A stretch of DNA of 64,000 bases from Treponema sp. UBA4267 (lineage in GTDB: Bacteria; Spirochaetota; Spirochaetia; Treponematales; Treponemataceae). Every line of letters starts with the position of its first letter. The stretch's first letter is position 1. Shown here one piece after another: positions 1-10,880 of the stretch. The translations under genes were made by a program, and so were the position numbers. The stretch covers positions 1,529-65,528 of the forward strand of contig DGWD01000034.1 in NCBI GenBank assembly GCA_002395155.1. Direction: 5' to 3'. The notes beneath the pieces were generated by a model. The model was given only the letters and a program-made list of their open reading frames with translations, was not told the origin of the DNA and did not search any database.

Positions 1-74
1 GAAATTTATATTTCTTTAATCTTTATTCTTTTATATTCTTTTTCTCTCCGAACTATATCCTTTTGCTCTCCGAA

Positions 75-3000
75 CTATATTCTTTTAATTGCCAAAAGTG
101 TAAGGTCATCTGACTGTTCATCTTCCTGCATCTGATCATAATCTATATAGTTAGTTCCATTTTCCGCATTATCGGATTTTTTTGCAGCGTAGAATTCGTA
201 TCTGTTAAAATATTTTGATAAAAAGTCATCTATCTGGCGGTCTACTTTTACGTAGTCTGTATTTTGAACTGAAGGTGACTTATATAAACGGAAAACTTTT
301 TCCATTGATGCCAATGCAAGTATTGCTTCTCTTACTGTTCCTTCGCAGGCTGTAAAATCAAAGTCAAGCCTTTCGTTTGAATCTGGATTATCTACCTTTG
401 TAAGAACATACTTTTTCCGGTTATAAACACTTTCTATAATCTCAGAAACTCTTTCTGGACCAAATTCTTCTTTTGCATCTTCAGTTTTTATTTCTACTTC
501 TTCCTGATGTGTTTTTGGATTCATTTTGCGAACTTCAACATTATTTTGTCGAACTGTGTAGTCGAATTCACGGATTCTTCTTGTTGATTCTTCTATACCG
601 TCGGTATAAAGGAAGAGTATATCTCCCTTATTCAAAATTGTTTTTTCTACCTTAAATCCACCGCGCATTGCTACTAAATCCGAAGTAAAGACGCCGGCTG
701 TTGGAGCTGAAGCCAGGGTAATTAGCTTCATCTTCTTTTTTGAGGCCTCGTATATATGAACCAGATTATCTCCGGCATTGCACATATAAAGTTCGCCTGT
801 TTTTACATTCAAAAGACAAATGATTAAGGTAGCAAATTTTCCCTTAAGCCCCAGACCTTCAATAAAGTCGTTAATCTGTTCTACCAGCACATTGAGTTTT
901 GTTCCGTTTTTCTTAAAAGTCCAATTTTCAAAGTAACGGCGGAAAATTGTAGCAACTACAGTCATGATGATGGCGGCAGGAATACCGTGTCCTGAAGCAT
1001 CGCATTTAATAATTCCGAACCATTCTTCATCTAACTTTTTATAGTCAAAGTAGTCACCGGATACGCCAGATTCACCTTCGTAGTAGCCATAACACTGTAA
1101 CTGTTCGCCATTATATTCTGCATAGGTATTTTTATTATTTAAAGCACCTGATGCAAGTGGAAGAAAGGCTTTTTGTACGGCTTTACCGTCCATGGCCAGA
1201 GCTTCTTCTTCTGCATTTGCAACCAGTTCATGGGTCATGTTATTTACCGCATCCCCTAAACGTCCTACTTCATCTTTTGTTTTAATTTCTACGTCTTTTC
1301 CTTTGAGTAAAGCCTTATTTTTTGTCTGTCCAATCATAATTACATGAGCTTCCAGCTTTTTTATAGGACGTACAATCAAGGATGCAAAAATTATTGAACC
1401 AAAAACTCCAAAGAAAACTGCAAGAATTGCAACAATTGCGGCAAAGAATAAAATACTTCTAATTTCACGGTTTAAGCTTTCTATAAGTGTTTGTGTTGAA
1501 AGTTCAAGATAAACCAGACCATGTATATAGTTTCCAGAAGTTCCTTTTCTATACATTACAGGGCGATAGAAAATAAAGTCGGTGTTGGAACGATCCAAAT
1601 TTGCAGTATCAAAATTAGGATAGGAACCTGCGGCATTTTTTGAATATTCTTCAAGTTTTGCATCAACCTGGTTTCTTAAATCTACAATGATATCGGACAG
1701 GCGATCTGCTTCTTTTGTATCTTCTTCCAGACCACTTGCATACAAAACTGTTGCCTGCTGGGAAAGTTCTTCTATCCTGTCTGAAAGTTCCTGTAAATCG
1801 GCCTTAATCACCTGGTCTAACTGGGCAAGTTCTTTTGTTATTTTTGTTACAACATCATCAGTTAAATTTGACTCGCCATAAATCAGGGTGTATGTGTCCA
1901 TTTTAAGAGAAATATCTGGATCGTTTGTTGCCCAAATGTAGTTTAATTCCTGAGCTGATGTAGAATCCATTTTCTGTCCAATGATTGTTACGTATTTTAC
2001 TTCATCCATAGCCTCTTTTTGGCCTGGAAGTGCTGTAAGTTCCAGGAGGTTATTTGCAGGGAAGAAGTTTTTTACACCAGAAAAGAGGCTTTCAAGTAAT
2101 ACTTCGGTACGATTTGCAAGACCAGCTGCCATGGTTGCTTCCTGAAGTCTTATTACTCTAAATCCATTTTCAATTGTAACAGCCAATACAATCATAACTA
2201 CAAGAGAATATGTAAATCTTATAAGTTTTCGTTTTAAGCTTGGTAATCGTTTCTGTTTTCTGTTCAGATCTTGTCCTGTTTTTGATAGTGGCATAGCAGC
2301 TCCTTCTAATAATGCATTTATTTCTTTTGTAGTTAATTGTTTTGTATATATATTTTGAATCAGTGTTGTAGAAGCAAAAATAAGTAGAAAAACCAAAACA
2401 CAAAGAATTAAGAATCCTATAATTAAACTTATTGCAATCTGGTATTTGTACTGTTTAAAATTTGCGTTAAGTTTTGACTGAGTCTGGTATTCCGCTTCAA
2501 TTTTAAGAGTTCCGTTTTGGGCAACCTTAAGAATTCTTTCTGTAAAATAAAGTCCCCTATCTGTATGATAAAGTCCAATTCTGTAACTTCCTTCTTCAAG
2601 GTCTACTCCCAGATTTACATTTGTAATTTTTGTATTTGACTGTACCCTGTATTTATTTTCATTTTTATCTAAGATAAGTTCGTATGGTTGCTTTCCATCT
2701 TTATCTATATAAATCTTACTAATTGTTCCGTCGTAGGTAAAACCGCCTCCAGAAATAGTTAAAATTATATTTCCTAAATCATCCTGTTTTTGAGTAACAG
2801 AAGTGATGTAGGTTGAAGGCTGGAATTTATTTAAAATAAAGAATTGACTTGAAACAGGTCCAAGATTTCCAACTTCATCAATTGCCGCAACTGACAAAAG
2901 ATAAAGTCCATTTGGTTTATTATAATACCTTGGGGTTGAAAGACCCTTAGTTTGAACATTTGCAGACATTCTTCTGTTTTTAGATAATTCATTTTCATAG

Positions 3001-4745
3001 CGACTTTCGAGCTTCTTTTTTATTTCTTCTACCCTTTCATCAGAAAGTTTCATAGGGTGTTTTTTTGAAACTGCAATGCTTTTTGGAATATCTGCAATGT
3101 GATCTATTCTATAAACATATCCTTCTGTATCTTCCGAGGCAGAAGGCTTCCAGTGCAGACTATAATTATTTGAATTTATAAAGCCATATTTATCGATGTT
3201 TTCTATATTAATTTCTGGTGCTTGTGGTGGTGTAAGATCCAGATGATATTCAACAGAGACTGGCTCTGACCAGTTTCCAGCGTAATCGACAATTCTTGCT
3301 GTAAGATAATAGTAGCCATCTTCTGTAGCTTTTGTTTTAATTTTATTTTCGCGAGTAAAGTGTTCTATCTGCTTAGGAGGTTCTTTTGCACTATCCCTTG
3401 ACCAGGTAAAAGAATAACCTGCAATATTTGAAGAGTCCTCCGGAAAATCAATCCTTATCTGTACATTTTCAGAGCGGGAAGCTTTTCCTTTTTTATATGA
3501 TAGAGGATTAAGAGTTGGAGTTTTTACACTTTTATCTGGAGAAAGTATTGCAATTGAGTTTTTACTATTTGGAGTAATTTGCTGCCAGATAAAGGAAAGA
3601 ATCTGATTTCCATCTACATCATTTGTAATTAATGGGCAGGCAAACATATTTGAATTACGGTCTTCTACCAGGCTTGTTTCTTCCCAGTAAGAACCGTTTT
3701 TTCTAGCCATATAAACCGATTCCCTACCCCGTCTAGTATCAAACCAGGTTGTATATAAATGGTCTTCATATTCAAAAAGAATTGAACGGTTGGCACTTCC
3801 CTGACTTCCAATAGATTCAGCAGTTCCTTTTACGAGCCCCTGTTTTGTTATTTGAGCAACCCAGATAGAAGATTCTACAGTGTCTGTTCGTTCCCAAGTC
3901 AAATAATATGTACCTTTGTAATTATAAAGATATGGTCTCTGATTCTGATAATTGTGAAATTCCTTTCTGCTTTGTGAATTAAGGGAATTTCTATCTGTAA
4001 GTAAAACTGGGGCTGTCCAGTTATTTCCATTTCCTGAACGAGAAGTCAGATAAAGCTGGTAAGAAAGTCGGTTTGTTTCTGCGGATGTATATTGGGCCTG
4101 AAAAACCAGAATATCTTCTGCTTCTGTTTTAAGCAAAACGGGGATAAAAGGATTTCTAAAACTCTGAACTGGCTGGAACTGGACAAAACGGGACCAGGAC
4201 TTTCCGTCGGGAGAGTCTGCTGTAAAGATTGTGAAGGTATTTTCTTCTCCGACAGAAGTAAACATTTTATAGCCGCCAGCTTTTGTTGAGTAAATTCTTG
4301 GAGCAACCATTGTTGATGTAGCAGGAAGTTTTGTTTCTTCGAAAGTAAAAGCCTGATCTGATGATGAAAAGACTGAAATTTGTCCATAATCTGAAGCAAC
4401 TGCTACGGCAAACCTTCCATCATCAAGTATTGCAGCTGTATAAATATCTGGAACTTCATCGCCGGAATAATTAAAAGGACCGGCAAATCGTCTGTTTTCA
4501 AAAAAATCGGTAAAACTATTGTATTTTCGAATTGAAAGATAAATTGCTTTATTTTTACTGTCTACTTCTTCCCACAAAATATAGGAGTCCTGGCCGTTTG
4601 TAAGACTTACAGGAAAACGTGAATCTGTATCGGTTATTACCAGTGGATTTTCCCAATATAAAGTTTGGGCAAAAAGAAAACCTGATGCCATAATAAGGAG
4701 AAAAAGAGAAATTATTTTTTTGTGTAAATTAAGTACGCGCATCAA
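75..4745 (-). CDS. Large membrane-bound SpoIIE/PP2C-type Ser/Thr phosphatase with HAMP domain and extracytoplasmic beta-propeller/Ig-like sensor regions (TP0854-like)
   Basis: Signal peptide; Asp-box-like motifs (SPDGKSW, SRSGNGNNW); FN3/Ig-like motifs (DYAGNWS, DEVGN); three hydrophobic TM segments; HAMP (RPIKKL...DEVGRLGDAVNNM); PP2C motifs SGDYFD, DASGHG, TDG, SDDLT. Confidence 0.85.
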   Translation of the reverse strand: MMRVLNLHKKIISLFLLIMASGFLFAQTLYWENPLVITDTDSRFPVSLTNGQDSYILWEEVDSKNKAIYLSIRKYNSFTDFFENRRFAGPFNYSGDEVPDIYTAAILDDGRFAVAVASDYGQISVFSSSDQAFTFEETKLPATSTMVAPRIYSTKAGGYKMFTSVGEENTFTIFTADSPDGKSWSRFVQFQPVQSFRNPFIPVLLKTEAEDILVFQAQYTSAETNRLSYQLYLTSRSGNGNNWTAPVLLTDRNSLNSQSRKEFHNYQNQRPYLYNYKGTYYLTWERTDTVESSIWVAQITKQGLVKGTAESIGSQGSANRSILFEYEDHLYTTWFDTRRGRESVYMARKNGSYWEETSLVEDRNSNMFACPLITNDVDGNQILSFIWQQITPNSKNSIAILSPDKSVKTPTLNPLSYKKGKASRSENVQIRIDFPEDSSNIAGYSFTWSRDSAKEPPKQIEHFTRENKIKTKATEDGYYYLTARIVDYAGNWSEPVSVEYHLDLTPPQAPEINIENIDKYGFINSNNYSLHWKPSASEDTEGYVYRIDHIADIPKSIAVSKKHPMKLSDERVEEIKKKLESRYENELSKNRRMSANVQTKGLSTPRYYNKPNGLYLLSVAAIDEVGNLGPVSSQFFILNKFQPSTYITSVTQKQDDLGNIILTISGGGFTYDGTISKIYIDKDGKQPYELILDKNENKYRVQSNTKITNVNLGVDLEEGSYRIGLYHTDRGLYFTERILKVAQNGTLKIEAEYQTQSKLNANFKQYKYQIAISLIIGFLILCVLVFLLIFASTTLIQNIYTKQLTTKEINALLEGAAMPLSKTGQDLNRKQKRLPSLKRKLIRFTYSLVVMIVLAVTIENGFRVIRLQEATMAAGLANRTEVLLESLFSGVKNFFPANNLLELTALPGQKEAMDEVKYVTIIGQKMDSTSAQELNYIWATNDPDISLKMDTYTLIYGESNLTDDVVTKITKELAQLDQVIKADLQELSDRIEELSQQATVLYASGLEEDTKEADRLSDIIVDLRNQVDAKLEEYSKNAAGSYPNFDTANLDRSNTDFIFYRPVMYRKGTSGNYIHGLVYLELSTQTLIESLNREIRSILFFAAIVAILAVFFGVFGSIIFASLIVRPIKKLEAHVIMIGQTKNKALLKGKDVEIKTKDEVGRLGDAVNNMTHELVANAEEEALAMDGKAVQKAFLPLASGALNNKNTYAEYNGEQLQCYGYYEGESGVSGDYFDYKKLDEEWFGIIKCDASGHGIPAAIIMTVVATIFRRYFENWTFKKNGTKLNVLVEQINDFIEGLGLKGKFATLIICLLNVKTGELYMCNAGDNLVHIYEASKKKMKLITLASAPTAGVFTSDLVAMRGGFKVEKTILNKGDILFLYTDGIEESTRRIREFDYTVRQNNVEVRKMNPKTHQEEVEIKTEDAKEEFGPERVSEIIESVYNRKKYVLTKVDNPDSNERLDFDFTACEGTVREAILALASMEKVFRLYKSPSVQNTDYVKVDRQIDDFLSKYFNRYEFYAAKKSDNAENGTNYIDYDQMQEDEQSDDLTLLAIKRI

Positions 4746-7700
4746 TCTTATTCTTTAAGTCCTTTATCTTCTGAGAATTTGCATTAGAAGTCTTTTTTAA
4801 AAGCTGTTCTACAATTGCATTAGCTCCTACTACATTATTATTCTGCAACCTTTGAATTGCAAGCTGGTAAAGTCTTTCATCTTCGGTTGAGAGTACTGTA
4901 GAAGTTGTACCACCAATTATAGTCGTAATCTGGTCTTTGAGTTCAATTGCCTTTTGATTGTTTGAATCCAAAGCCAAGGCCTGATTCAATTTATCAAGAG
5001 CTTCCTGAAGTTTCTTGGTATTTGAACCGGCACTATTAAAGGTCTTTTGTGCATCTGCAATGAGACGACGTGCCTTATTTGCTCCACTATTATCAACAGG
5101 TTTTTGTCTTATTCCTATATCAATTTCTACCTGATAAATAAGGTCTTTTAATCCCGGATAATCAGGTTGTAATTCTGCATAATCCAAAAGATTTGCATAG
5201 CCTTCTTGTCGAGTTTCTTTGCTCTGGCACATAAGTTTTGCGGTCTGTATCTTTTGGGCAAACTCTTCCTTAAATTTCTGTGGATCTTTTAGTCGATTAA
5301 TTCTTAAAGTAAGAATTGCAGCTTCCTGATTCAAAGGATACACATACTGAAGTTTCTGTATATTCAAAAGTGCTGAATCTAAATCTGCAAAACCAGCTTC
5401 CTTATTTCCATCTCCAATTTTTCGACTTCCTTCATCAAAATACTGATAAGCAAGATTAAGAAGCTGGGACATTTCTGGATACTGTGGTGCCGATGGTAAA
5501 ATATCACGGCCGGTCTTCATGGAAATTGCAGTATTTACAAAGTTCAAAAGGTTAGATATTTCTTCATCCTCTGTAACATTTGTAACTGCCCAACGAGTTT
5601 TAGCCTGATTTAGATATTTTTCAGCATCTTCAAAACGTCCATTAAAGTAAGCATCTTTTGCTTTTGTTTTGAGCTCACGAACTTCTTTTACAACAACTTC
5701 ATTTTCAATTTTGGCAATTTCTTGTCCCAGTTCCTGAAGTTTCTGATCAACCTGAACTCGCAGTTCTTCATCATTAAGATTTGCAAGAGACTCATCGTAT
5801 TTTGATACTGCATCCTGAAGTTTTTTACGGGCTGTATCAAAATTTTCATTTTTAAGGGCATTCTGAGCTTCCCTATATCTAATATCCGCTTCGTTACGAG
5901 CCAATTGGGAAGCAACAATTTTTGTCTGAGCCAGATTTGCATTTTCCTGAGCCAAACTTCTTAAGCCCTCAATATTATTTTTTTGATTATTAAGATAAAT
6001 ACTTGCTTCATCTATAATCCCCACAAGTCTTTCATCCCCCTTCCATTCCTTGTGGTTTTCCATTGCAGATGATATTTCTTTTTCGTACCCATTTATTTCG
6101 CTTATATCCAAATCAATTTGTTTTTGAACATACTGGGAAATTTTGAGGGCAATATCCGGGTAGGCATAATTAATTCCAAAATCTAATTCAGGATTTTGAT
6201 TAAAGCTGTCCTGGTAGTAAGTTACCTTCCTGATATCAGCATTAATTTCGTTAATTACAGACTGTGGAATCTTTGTAAAAAAGCCCTGTCTGTATTTTTG
6301 ACTCGACTCGTTATATTTTACAAGATCTGCATAAAGAGTATCAGAGTTTTCCTTGTAATACTGAGTAATTTGGGTCCATGCAGATGTAAGTAATTCTGAT
6401 GATTTAGAAAAAATACCGTCCAGAAGTTTGTTATAATTTTGAGCAAGGCCATCCCAATCCTGGTGTTTACTTTCTTTATAAGGTTTTGTCCATAAAAAAG
6501 AGTCCAATTCCTGTTCAGAACGATTTCCAACCAAATCACCAAGTCTTGCATTTGAATCAAAAAGGTCGTAAAGAGCCTGGCTTCTATTTTCACCTGATTC
6601 TTTATCTTTTATCTGAGCTAGCAAAACTTCCTGTTTAGAAACAGTTTCCTCCACCTTGTTCCATACTTCTGTAATACGCAGACTTTCTCCACTCAAGAAT
6701 TTTACATAATCAGTCAAGGCATAGTATTCTTCATAAGGATTTGCAAGATAATGAGTTTGATTTTTTTCTGGTATCTGATAAAAGTCCAAAACCTTTTGTT
6801 CAAGATTTACATATGATTCGATGGTTTTAGCATATTCTGGAGTAATACCCGACTCGTATTTTGCATAATTTTTACTCAAAACTTCAAAAACAGCTTGATT
6901 CATCTGCCCAACCAGAGCATTCCACTGGCCGTCAATAGCCCCTAATATTCCAGAATTAGGAACTGAATCAACACCATAAACAAAACGGAACATAAAAGGC
7001 AAAAAGGAAGCATCTGTAGCATCGGAATCTAATTTTTGTATCTGAGCAAATTTTTCCTGCATCATAAGGCCATCATCAATTACTGACTGCCGTAACTTGT
7101 TATAATTCCTCATGTAATTTTGAACATTCGAAAAACGCTGCAGGGCAAGTTCATACTGTTCCTGGCGAACAGCTTTTATAAAATCATTTATAGAATCCTG
7201 AATTTTTGGCAGATAGTTTCTTTCTTCAAAAGTATTTATTTGAGTATCTAAGTCAGCTAAAATTGCATCCACTTCTGCAATAATTTCAGGTTTTTCTTCC
7301 CAACGAATGTCAAAATCCTCCCTGTAAAGCCAGAATCCTTCTTTTGTTTTTTCAACAGCCGCTATAAATTGACCATTTCGTGTATTTTCCGCACTTTGAT
7401 TTTGAATTTCCAAAAACTTTGCACGGAAATAGTTAAATTCAGCAGATTTTTTTAAGTCAGCAATGAACTGAAGATTCTGATCCGAAGGATGTCGCTCAAA
7501 TCTTTCCAGCTGAGCTGTAATTTCATAAATTTCCTTGTTATTTCCAGGATCGGTTTGAATAAGGTCTATTAATTTTTCAGCCAGAATGGAATATTGTCTT
7601 CTGGCAACCATAATTTTATGAATACGAATCTGGGCATTGTCAAAATTTTCCGGCTTGTTTTTTATATAAACATTTAAAAGGCGAAGTGCTTCATCATATT

Positions 7701-7821
7701 CTGTTCTACGAATCAGACGGTCAATTTCAAAAAGGGATACATCATCTTTAGTCTGTGCACATATACAGTTAGCAGAAAGAGAAAAAAGGATTATCAGACA
7801 AAACAGAAGTTTACCTTTCAT
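4729..7821 (-). CDS. Exported all-helical TPR-like protein (TP0855-like)
   Basis: 1030-aa ORF with signal peptide and TPR-like helical repeats (YDEALRLL, FEDAEKYLNQA, ALDKLNQALALD); overlaps the start of the phosphatase gene. Confidence 0.7.
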   Translation of the reverse strand: MKGKLLFCLIILFSLSANCICAQTKDDVSLFEIDRLIRRTEYDEALRLLNVYIKNKPENFDNAQIRIHKIMVARRQYSILAEKLIDLIQTDPGNNKEIYEITAQLERFERHPSDQNLQFIADLKKSAEFNYFRAKFLEIQNQSAENTRNGQFIAAVEKTKEGFWLYREDFDIRWEEKPEIIAEVDAILADLDTQINTFEERNYLPKIQDSINDFIKAVRQEQYELALQRFSNVQNYMRNYNKLRQSVIDDGLMMQEKFAQIQKLDSDATDASFLPFMFRFVYGVDSVPNSGILGAIDGQWNALVGQMNQAVFEVLSKNYAKYESGITPEYAKTIESYVNLEQKVLDFYQIPEKNQTHYLANPYEEYYALTDYVKFLSGESLRITEVWNKVEETVSKQEVLLAQIKDKESGENRSQALYDLFDSNARLGDLVGNRSEQELDSFLWTKPYKESKHQDWDGLAQNYNKLLDGIFSKSSELLTSAWTQITQYYKENSDTLYADLVKYNESSQKYRQGFFTKIPQSVINEINADIRKVTYYQDSFNQNPELDFGINYAYPDIALKISQYVQKQIDLDISEINGYEKEISSAMENHKEWKGDERLVGIIDEASIYLNNQKNNIEGLRSLAQENANLAQTKIVASQLARNEADIRYREAQNALKNENFDTARKKLQDAVSKYDESLANLNDEELRVQVDQKLQELGQEIAKIENEVVVKEVRELKTKAKDAYFNGRFEDAEKYLNQAKTRWAVTNVTEDEEISNLLNFVNTAISMKTGRDILPSAPQYPEMSQLLNLAYQYFDEGSRKIGDGNKEAGFADLDSALLNIQKLQYVYPLNQEAAILTLRINRLKDPQKFKEEFAQKIQTAKLMCQSKETRQEGYANLLDYAELQPDYPGLKDLIYQVEIDIGIRQKPVDNSGANKARRLIADAQKTFNSAGSNTKKLQEALDKLNQALALDSNNQKAIELKDQITTIIGGTTSTVLSTEDERLYQLAIQRLQNNNVVGANAIVEQLLKKTSNANSQKIKDLKNKIDART

Positions 7822-7916
7822 TTTTTTGTTTTGTATTATAAATTATTTTCGGCAAAATAAGATATAATACTTATAGTAAAGAAAGAAAAATCCGAAAAAA
7901 GAAATAAGAATAGAAA

Positions 7917-9230
7917 ATGAGAAAAAAACATTTTTTAAAATCTTTATTTTTACTCACAATCTTAGGCCTTTTTTCAAATAAGGGTCTTAACGCACTGTCT
8001 TATTCCGACTTAATCACAAATCTTTCTGATATTTTTTATAGTTTCCTGGATGAAAATGAAGGACAAACCTCCTTCCGTTCCCTTTTAATTCCTTTTGGAG
8101 GAAGAAGCGAAAGTTTAGGTGGTGCTTACACAGGTCTATGTGACGATATAAACTTTCTCCAGTACAATGCGGGTGCAGGTGCCGTACAAAAAGAAAGCCA
8201 GATAGCACTTTTTCATAACATGTGGATTGCCGATTCAAAAATGGAAACAATTGCCGCAACCACAAGATTCAAAAACATTCCCCACTTAAGCCTTGGAGGA
8301 TTTGTTTCCTGCTTTTATCTGCCATTTACTGAATATAATATTTTTGGTGATAGAGTTGCAGCCTCTTATTATTCAGAAACTCTTGCCGCCATCAATTTTT
8401 CATACAATTTTTTAGCGGGCTATGATTTTAAAGGTTTTTCTTTGGGAGCCAATTTAAAAACAGCCTGGCGAGGCATGCCAAACTATACGGACAATAATAC
8501 AAACGAAGTTATAAACAATTCTGGCCTTGCCCAAAGTGGACTTGCCTTTATGGGTGATTTAGGACTGCTTCTTCAATTCAACTTTCTAAAATTTTATTAC
8601 TCCCGTGATCCTAACGTTAGAATTGGTTTTTCTGCTCAAAACCTGGGTGTTTCTTTAACCGGATGGGGTCAACAAGTTGTTTTAGATGATCCTCTGCCAA
8701 GTCTTTTAAGTGCAGGAATTTCTGTAAAACTTGTAAAGCCAGTTACTCTATCTTTGGAATTCCAACAGCCTATAAATTTGCAAAACTTGTCCACATATCT
8801 AAAACCATATATTGCGAGCGGTATTTCCCTTGAATTTACAAATTTCCTTAGCGTTTTGGGAGGCTTTGCCATAAAGGGTGGAAATCCAAGATTCAGTGCG
8901 GGATTTGAATTTGAAGTTGCAAAAGTTCGTTTTAATTTTAACTACACACTTGATTTTACTTCATCATTTTCACCACTTAATAAACTAAGTTTATCTTTAA
9001 AACTTAAATTAGGTGATAAGGGAAGAAGCATAATCGACAAACAGGTTGATGAATATTACCAGCAGGGACTTATTTATTATGCAGAGGCAGATTACCAGGC
9101 TGCAATTGAAGTATGGAAGGAAGCTTTAAAATTAAATAAGCGCTTTGATCCGGCAAAACTTGGAATACAAAGCGCCCAATATCAAATTGATATGTTCCAG
9201 TTAATCAAAGAAAGTCTCCTCCTCGATTAA
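7917..9230 (+). CDS. UPF0164-family (FadL/PorV-like) outer-membrane beta-barrel protein with C-terminal TPR
   Basis: Signal peptide; FRSLLIPFGGRSESLGGAYTGLCDD motif typical of treponemal UPF0164; amphipathic strands; C-terminal TPR (YQQGLIYYAEADYQAAIEVWKEALKLN). Confidence 0.8.
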   Translation: MRKKHFLKSLFLLTILGLFSNKGLNALSYSDLITNLSDIFYSFLDENEGQTSFRSLLIPFGGRSESLGGAYTGLCDDINFLQYNAGAGAVQKESQIALFHNMWIADSKMETIAATTRFKNIPHLSLGGFVSCFYLPFTEYNIFGDRVAASYYSETLAAINFSYNFLAGYDFKGFSLGANLKTAWRGMPNYTDNNTNEVINNSGLAQSGLAFMGDLGLLLQFNFLKFYYSRDPNVRIGFSAQNLGVSLTGWGQQVVLDDPLPSLLSAGISVKLVKPVTLSLEFQQPINLQNLSTYLKPYIASGISLEFTNFLSVLGGFAIKGGNPRFSAGFEFEVAKVRFNFNYTLDFTSSFSPLNKLSLSLKLKLGDKGRSIIDKQVDEYYQQGLIYYAEADYQAAIEVWKEALKLNKRFDPAKLGIQSAQYQIDMFQLIKESLLLD

Positions 9231-9273
9231 GCAACAAATACAATTTTCTTGACTTAGCTTATCTTTTCTTAAA

Positions 9274-10866
9274 CTATCTTTTCTTAGAGAAAATTCTGTA
9301 GTTCATCCATGGGAAGATAGAATCTCTTGCTTCCAAGGTTGTAAGCCATTCTGTACTTACTGTATTTGAACCTAAAGAATCAAATACTGCTGTAAATGCA
9401 GTTATAGACTCCTTAAATCTTCTTTCGGCAAAAATAGGATTTTCTGCAATATCAATTGTTTTAGGTAGTCTAGAACTCTGTGCAAGCATTAATTCTTTGG
9501 CACCTAAATTCAAAAGACGAGTTTTTAAACCTGTATCATTAGGGAAACGATCTGCAAGGTCAATCATTCTTTCGCAAGCCTTTCGAATGTATCTCATCAT
9601 CCAGCAATTCTTACTTGAAAGAAGATTTTCTCCATACCCTTCTCCACATGCGGCAGAATAATATGGACTTATTTTTTCAAGATTAAACTGATCTTCACAC
9701 ATAGAAGCACAGCCAACCAAAGTTAAATCATATTCATTTGCATGTCGTATAAGAGCTTCAAGCCAAATAAGACCTTCATTCCAGTTCTTAAAATATTTGT
9801 CTACATCAAAAGCACAAACTTCTGTTACAAATTTTTTGTCTTTTAGATAAAGAGCAGCCTGTGATAAAGTCTGACTTCGATTTTTCAAGAAAGACAAGGC
9901 ATCTTCATTAGCCTGATTAAAGGCAATTTCTGGATCATAAATCTGTCCATCATCATTTTCAAAATCTCTATTCCAGTATTTAAAACCTGTAGAATAACGA
10001 CTTCCACCTTCTTCCAAAAGTGGTGTTAATTCAGAAATTTCAAGTTCATATCCAATATCACGATTTTGATTTTTATAAGCAGATTTATAAATTACTCCTT
10101 CTTCACCAAGTAACTCATCTTTAACTGCAGGAGAATTTGAAAACAAAACAAGAGAGTTTTCTGATCTACAAGGATAGAATATTCCGCATTCTGGAGCTTT
10201 TTCAGCAAGTAAAGTTGATCTTGGATCTAAAATTGTATATGTATACCCATAAGCTTTAATTAATTTTTCAATTCCAGGTGTATAGCCTAATTCTGGAATC
10301 CAAAATCCTTCTGGAACAATACCAAAAAACTGGCGGAAAGCATGGAGTCCACATTCAATCTGGGCAGAAATAATTTCCTTCAAATCTGCAAAATGTGGCA
10401 TAAAAATATCTGTACCACATGTACCCAAAAGTTCTATATAACCCTTTTCAAGATATTTTGCAAAAGCAGGAATTAGTTTCTTTTCATACTTTTCTTCAAA
10501 CAATTTTTTTGTTTTAAGATTTTCGTCAATATAATTTTGTACAAGTGTCTTTATCTGAGGATTTGAAGAATTTCTTTCAAGTTCCTTTAATCCAAGTTCA
10601 TTTTTTTTATCAAGCCAGGCAATATAAGAGTCTTGTAATTCTTCATCTGAAAGTAAATTACAAAGGATTGGTGGTAAAACTAAACCTATGCAAAAACTAA
10701 CATTATCTGCAACTAACCTATCAAGCATTTCAAGCAATGGAATATAGGTTTGTGAAATTGATTCATAGAAAATGTTCAAGATAGGTGCGTTGACATGTGC
10801 ATCTTCACCTGTATGGCGTATAAATTCTTGATTAGCTTTAATTATCAGGCTTAAATTTTTCTGCAT
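9274..10866 (-). CDS. GH57 / DUF1957 branching-enzyme-like protein with degenerate motifs
   Basis: TYIPLL, GFWIPELGY (nucleophile Glu), RDIGYE, TGFKYW, ELMLAQSS, C-terminal LEARDSIFP. Confidence 0.8.
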   Translation of the reverse strand: MQKNLSLIIKANQEFIRHTGEDAHVNAPILNIFYESISQTYIPLLEMLDRLVADNVSFCIGLVLPPILCNLLSDEELQDSYIAWLDKKNELGLKELERNSSNPQIKTLVQNYIDENLKTKKLFEEKYEKKLIPAFAKYLEKGYIELLGTCGTDIFMPHFADLKEIISAQIECGLHAFRQFFGIVPEGFWIPELGYTPGIEKLIKAYGYTYTILDPRSTLLAEKAPECGIFYPCRSENSLVLFSNSPAVKDELLGEEGVIYKSAYKNQNRDIGYELEISELTPLLEEGGSRYSTGFKYWNRDFENDDGQIYDPEIAFNQANEDALSFLKNRSQTLSQAALYLKDKKFVTEVCAFDVDKYFKNWNEGLIWLEALIRHANEYDLTLVGCASMCEDQFNLEKISPYYSAACGEGYGENLLSSKNCWMMRYIRKACERMIDLADRFPNDTGLKTRLLNLGAKELMLAQSSRLPKTIDIAENPIFAERRFKESITAFTAVFDSLGSNTVSTEWLTTLEARDSIFPWMNYRIFSKKR

Positions 10867-10880
10867 TTCTTAAATCCTTT

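Noticed and set aside
7846-7897. Divergent sigma28-like boxes (GCCGAAAA on minus, CCGAAA on plus)
   Set aside because: The -35 matches are weak in very AT-rich DNA; not enough to call.
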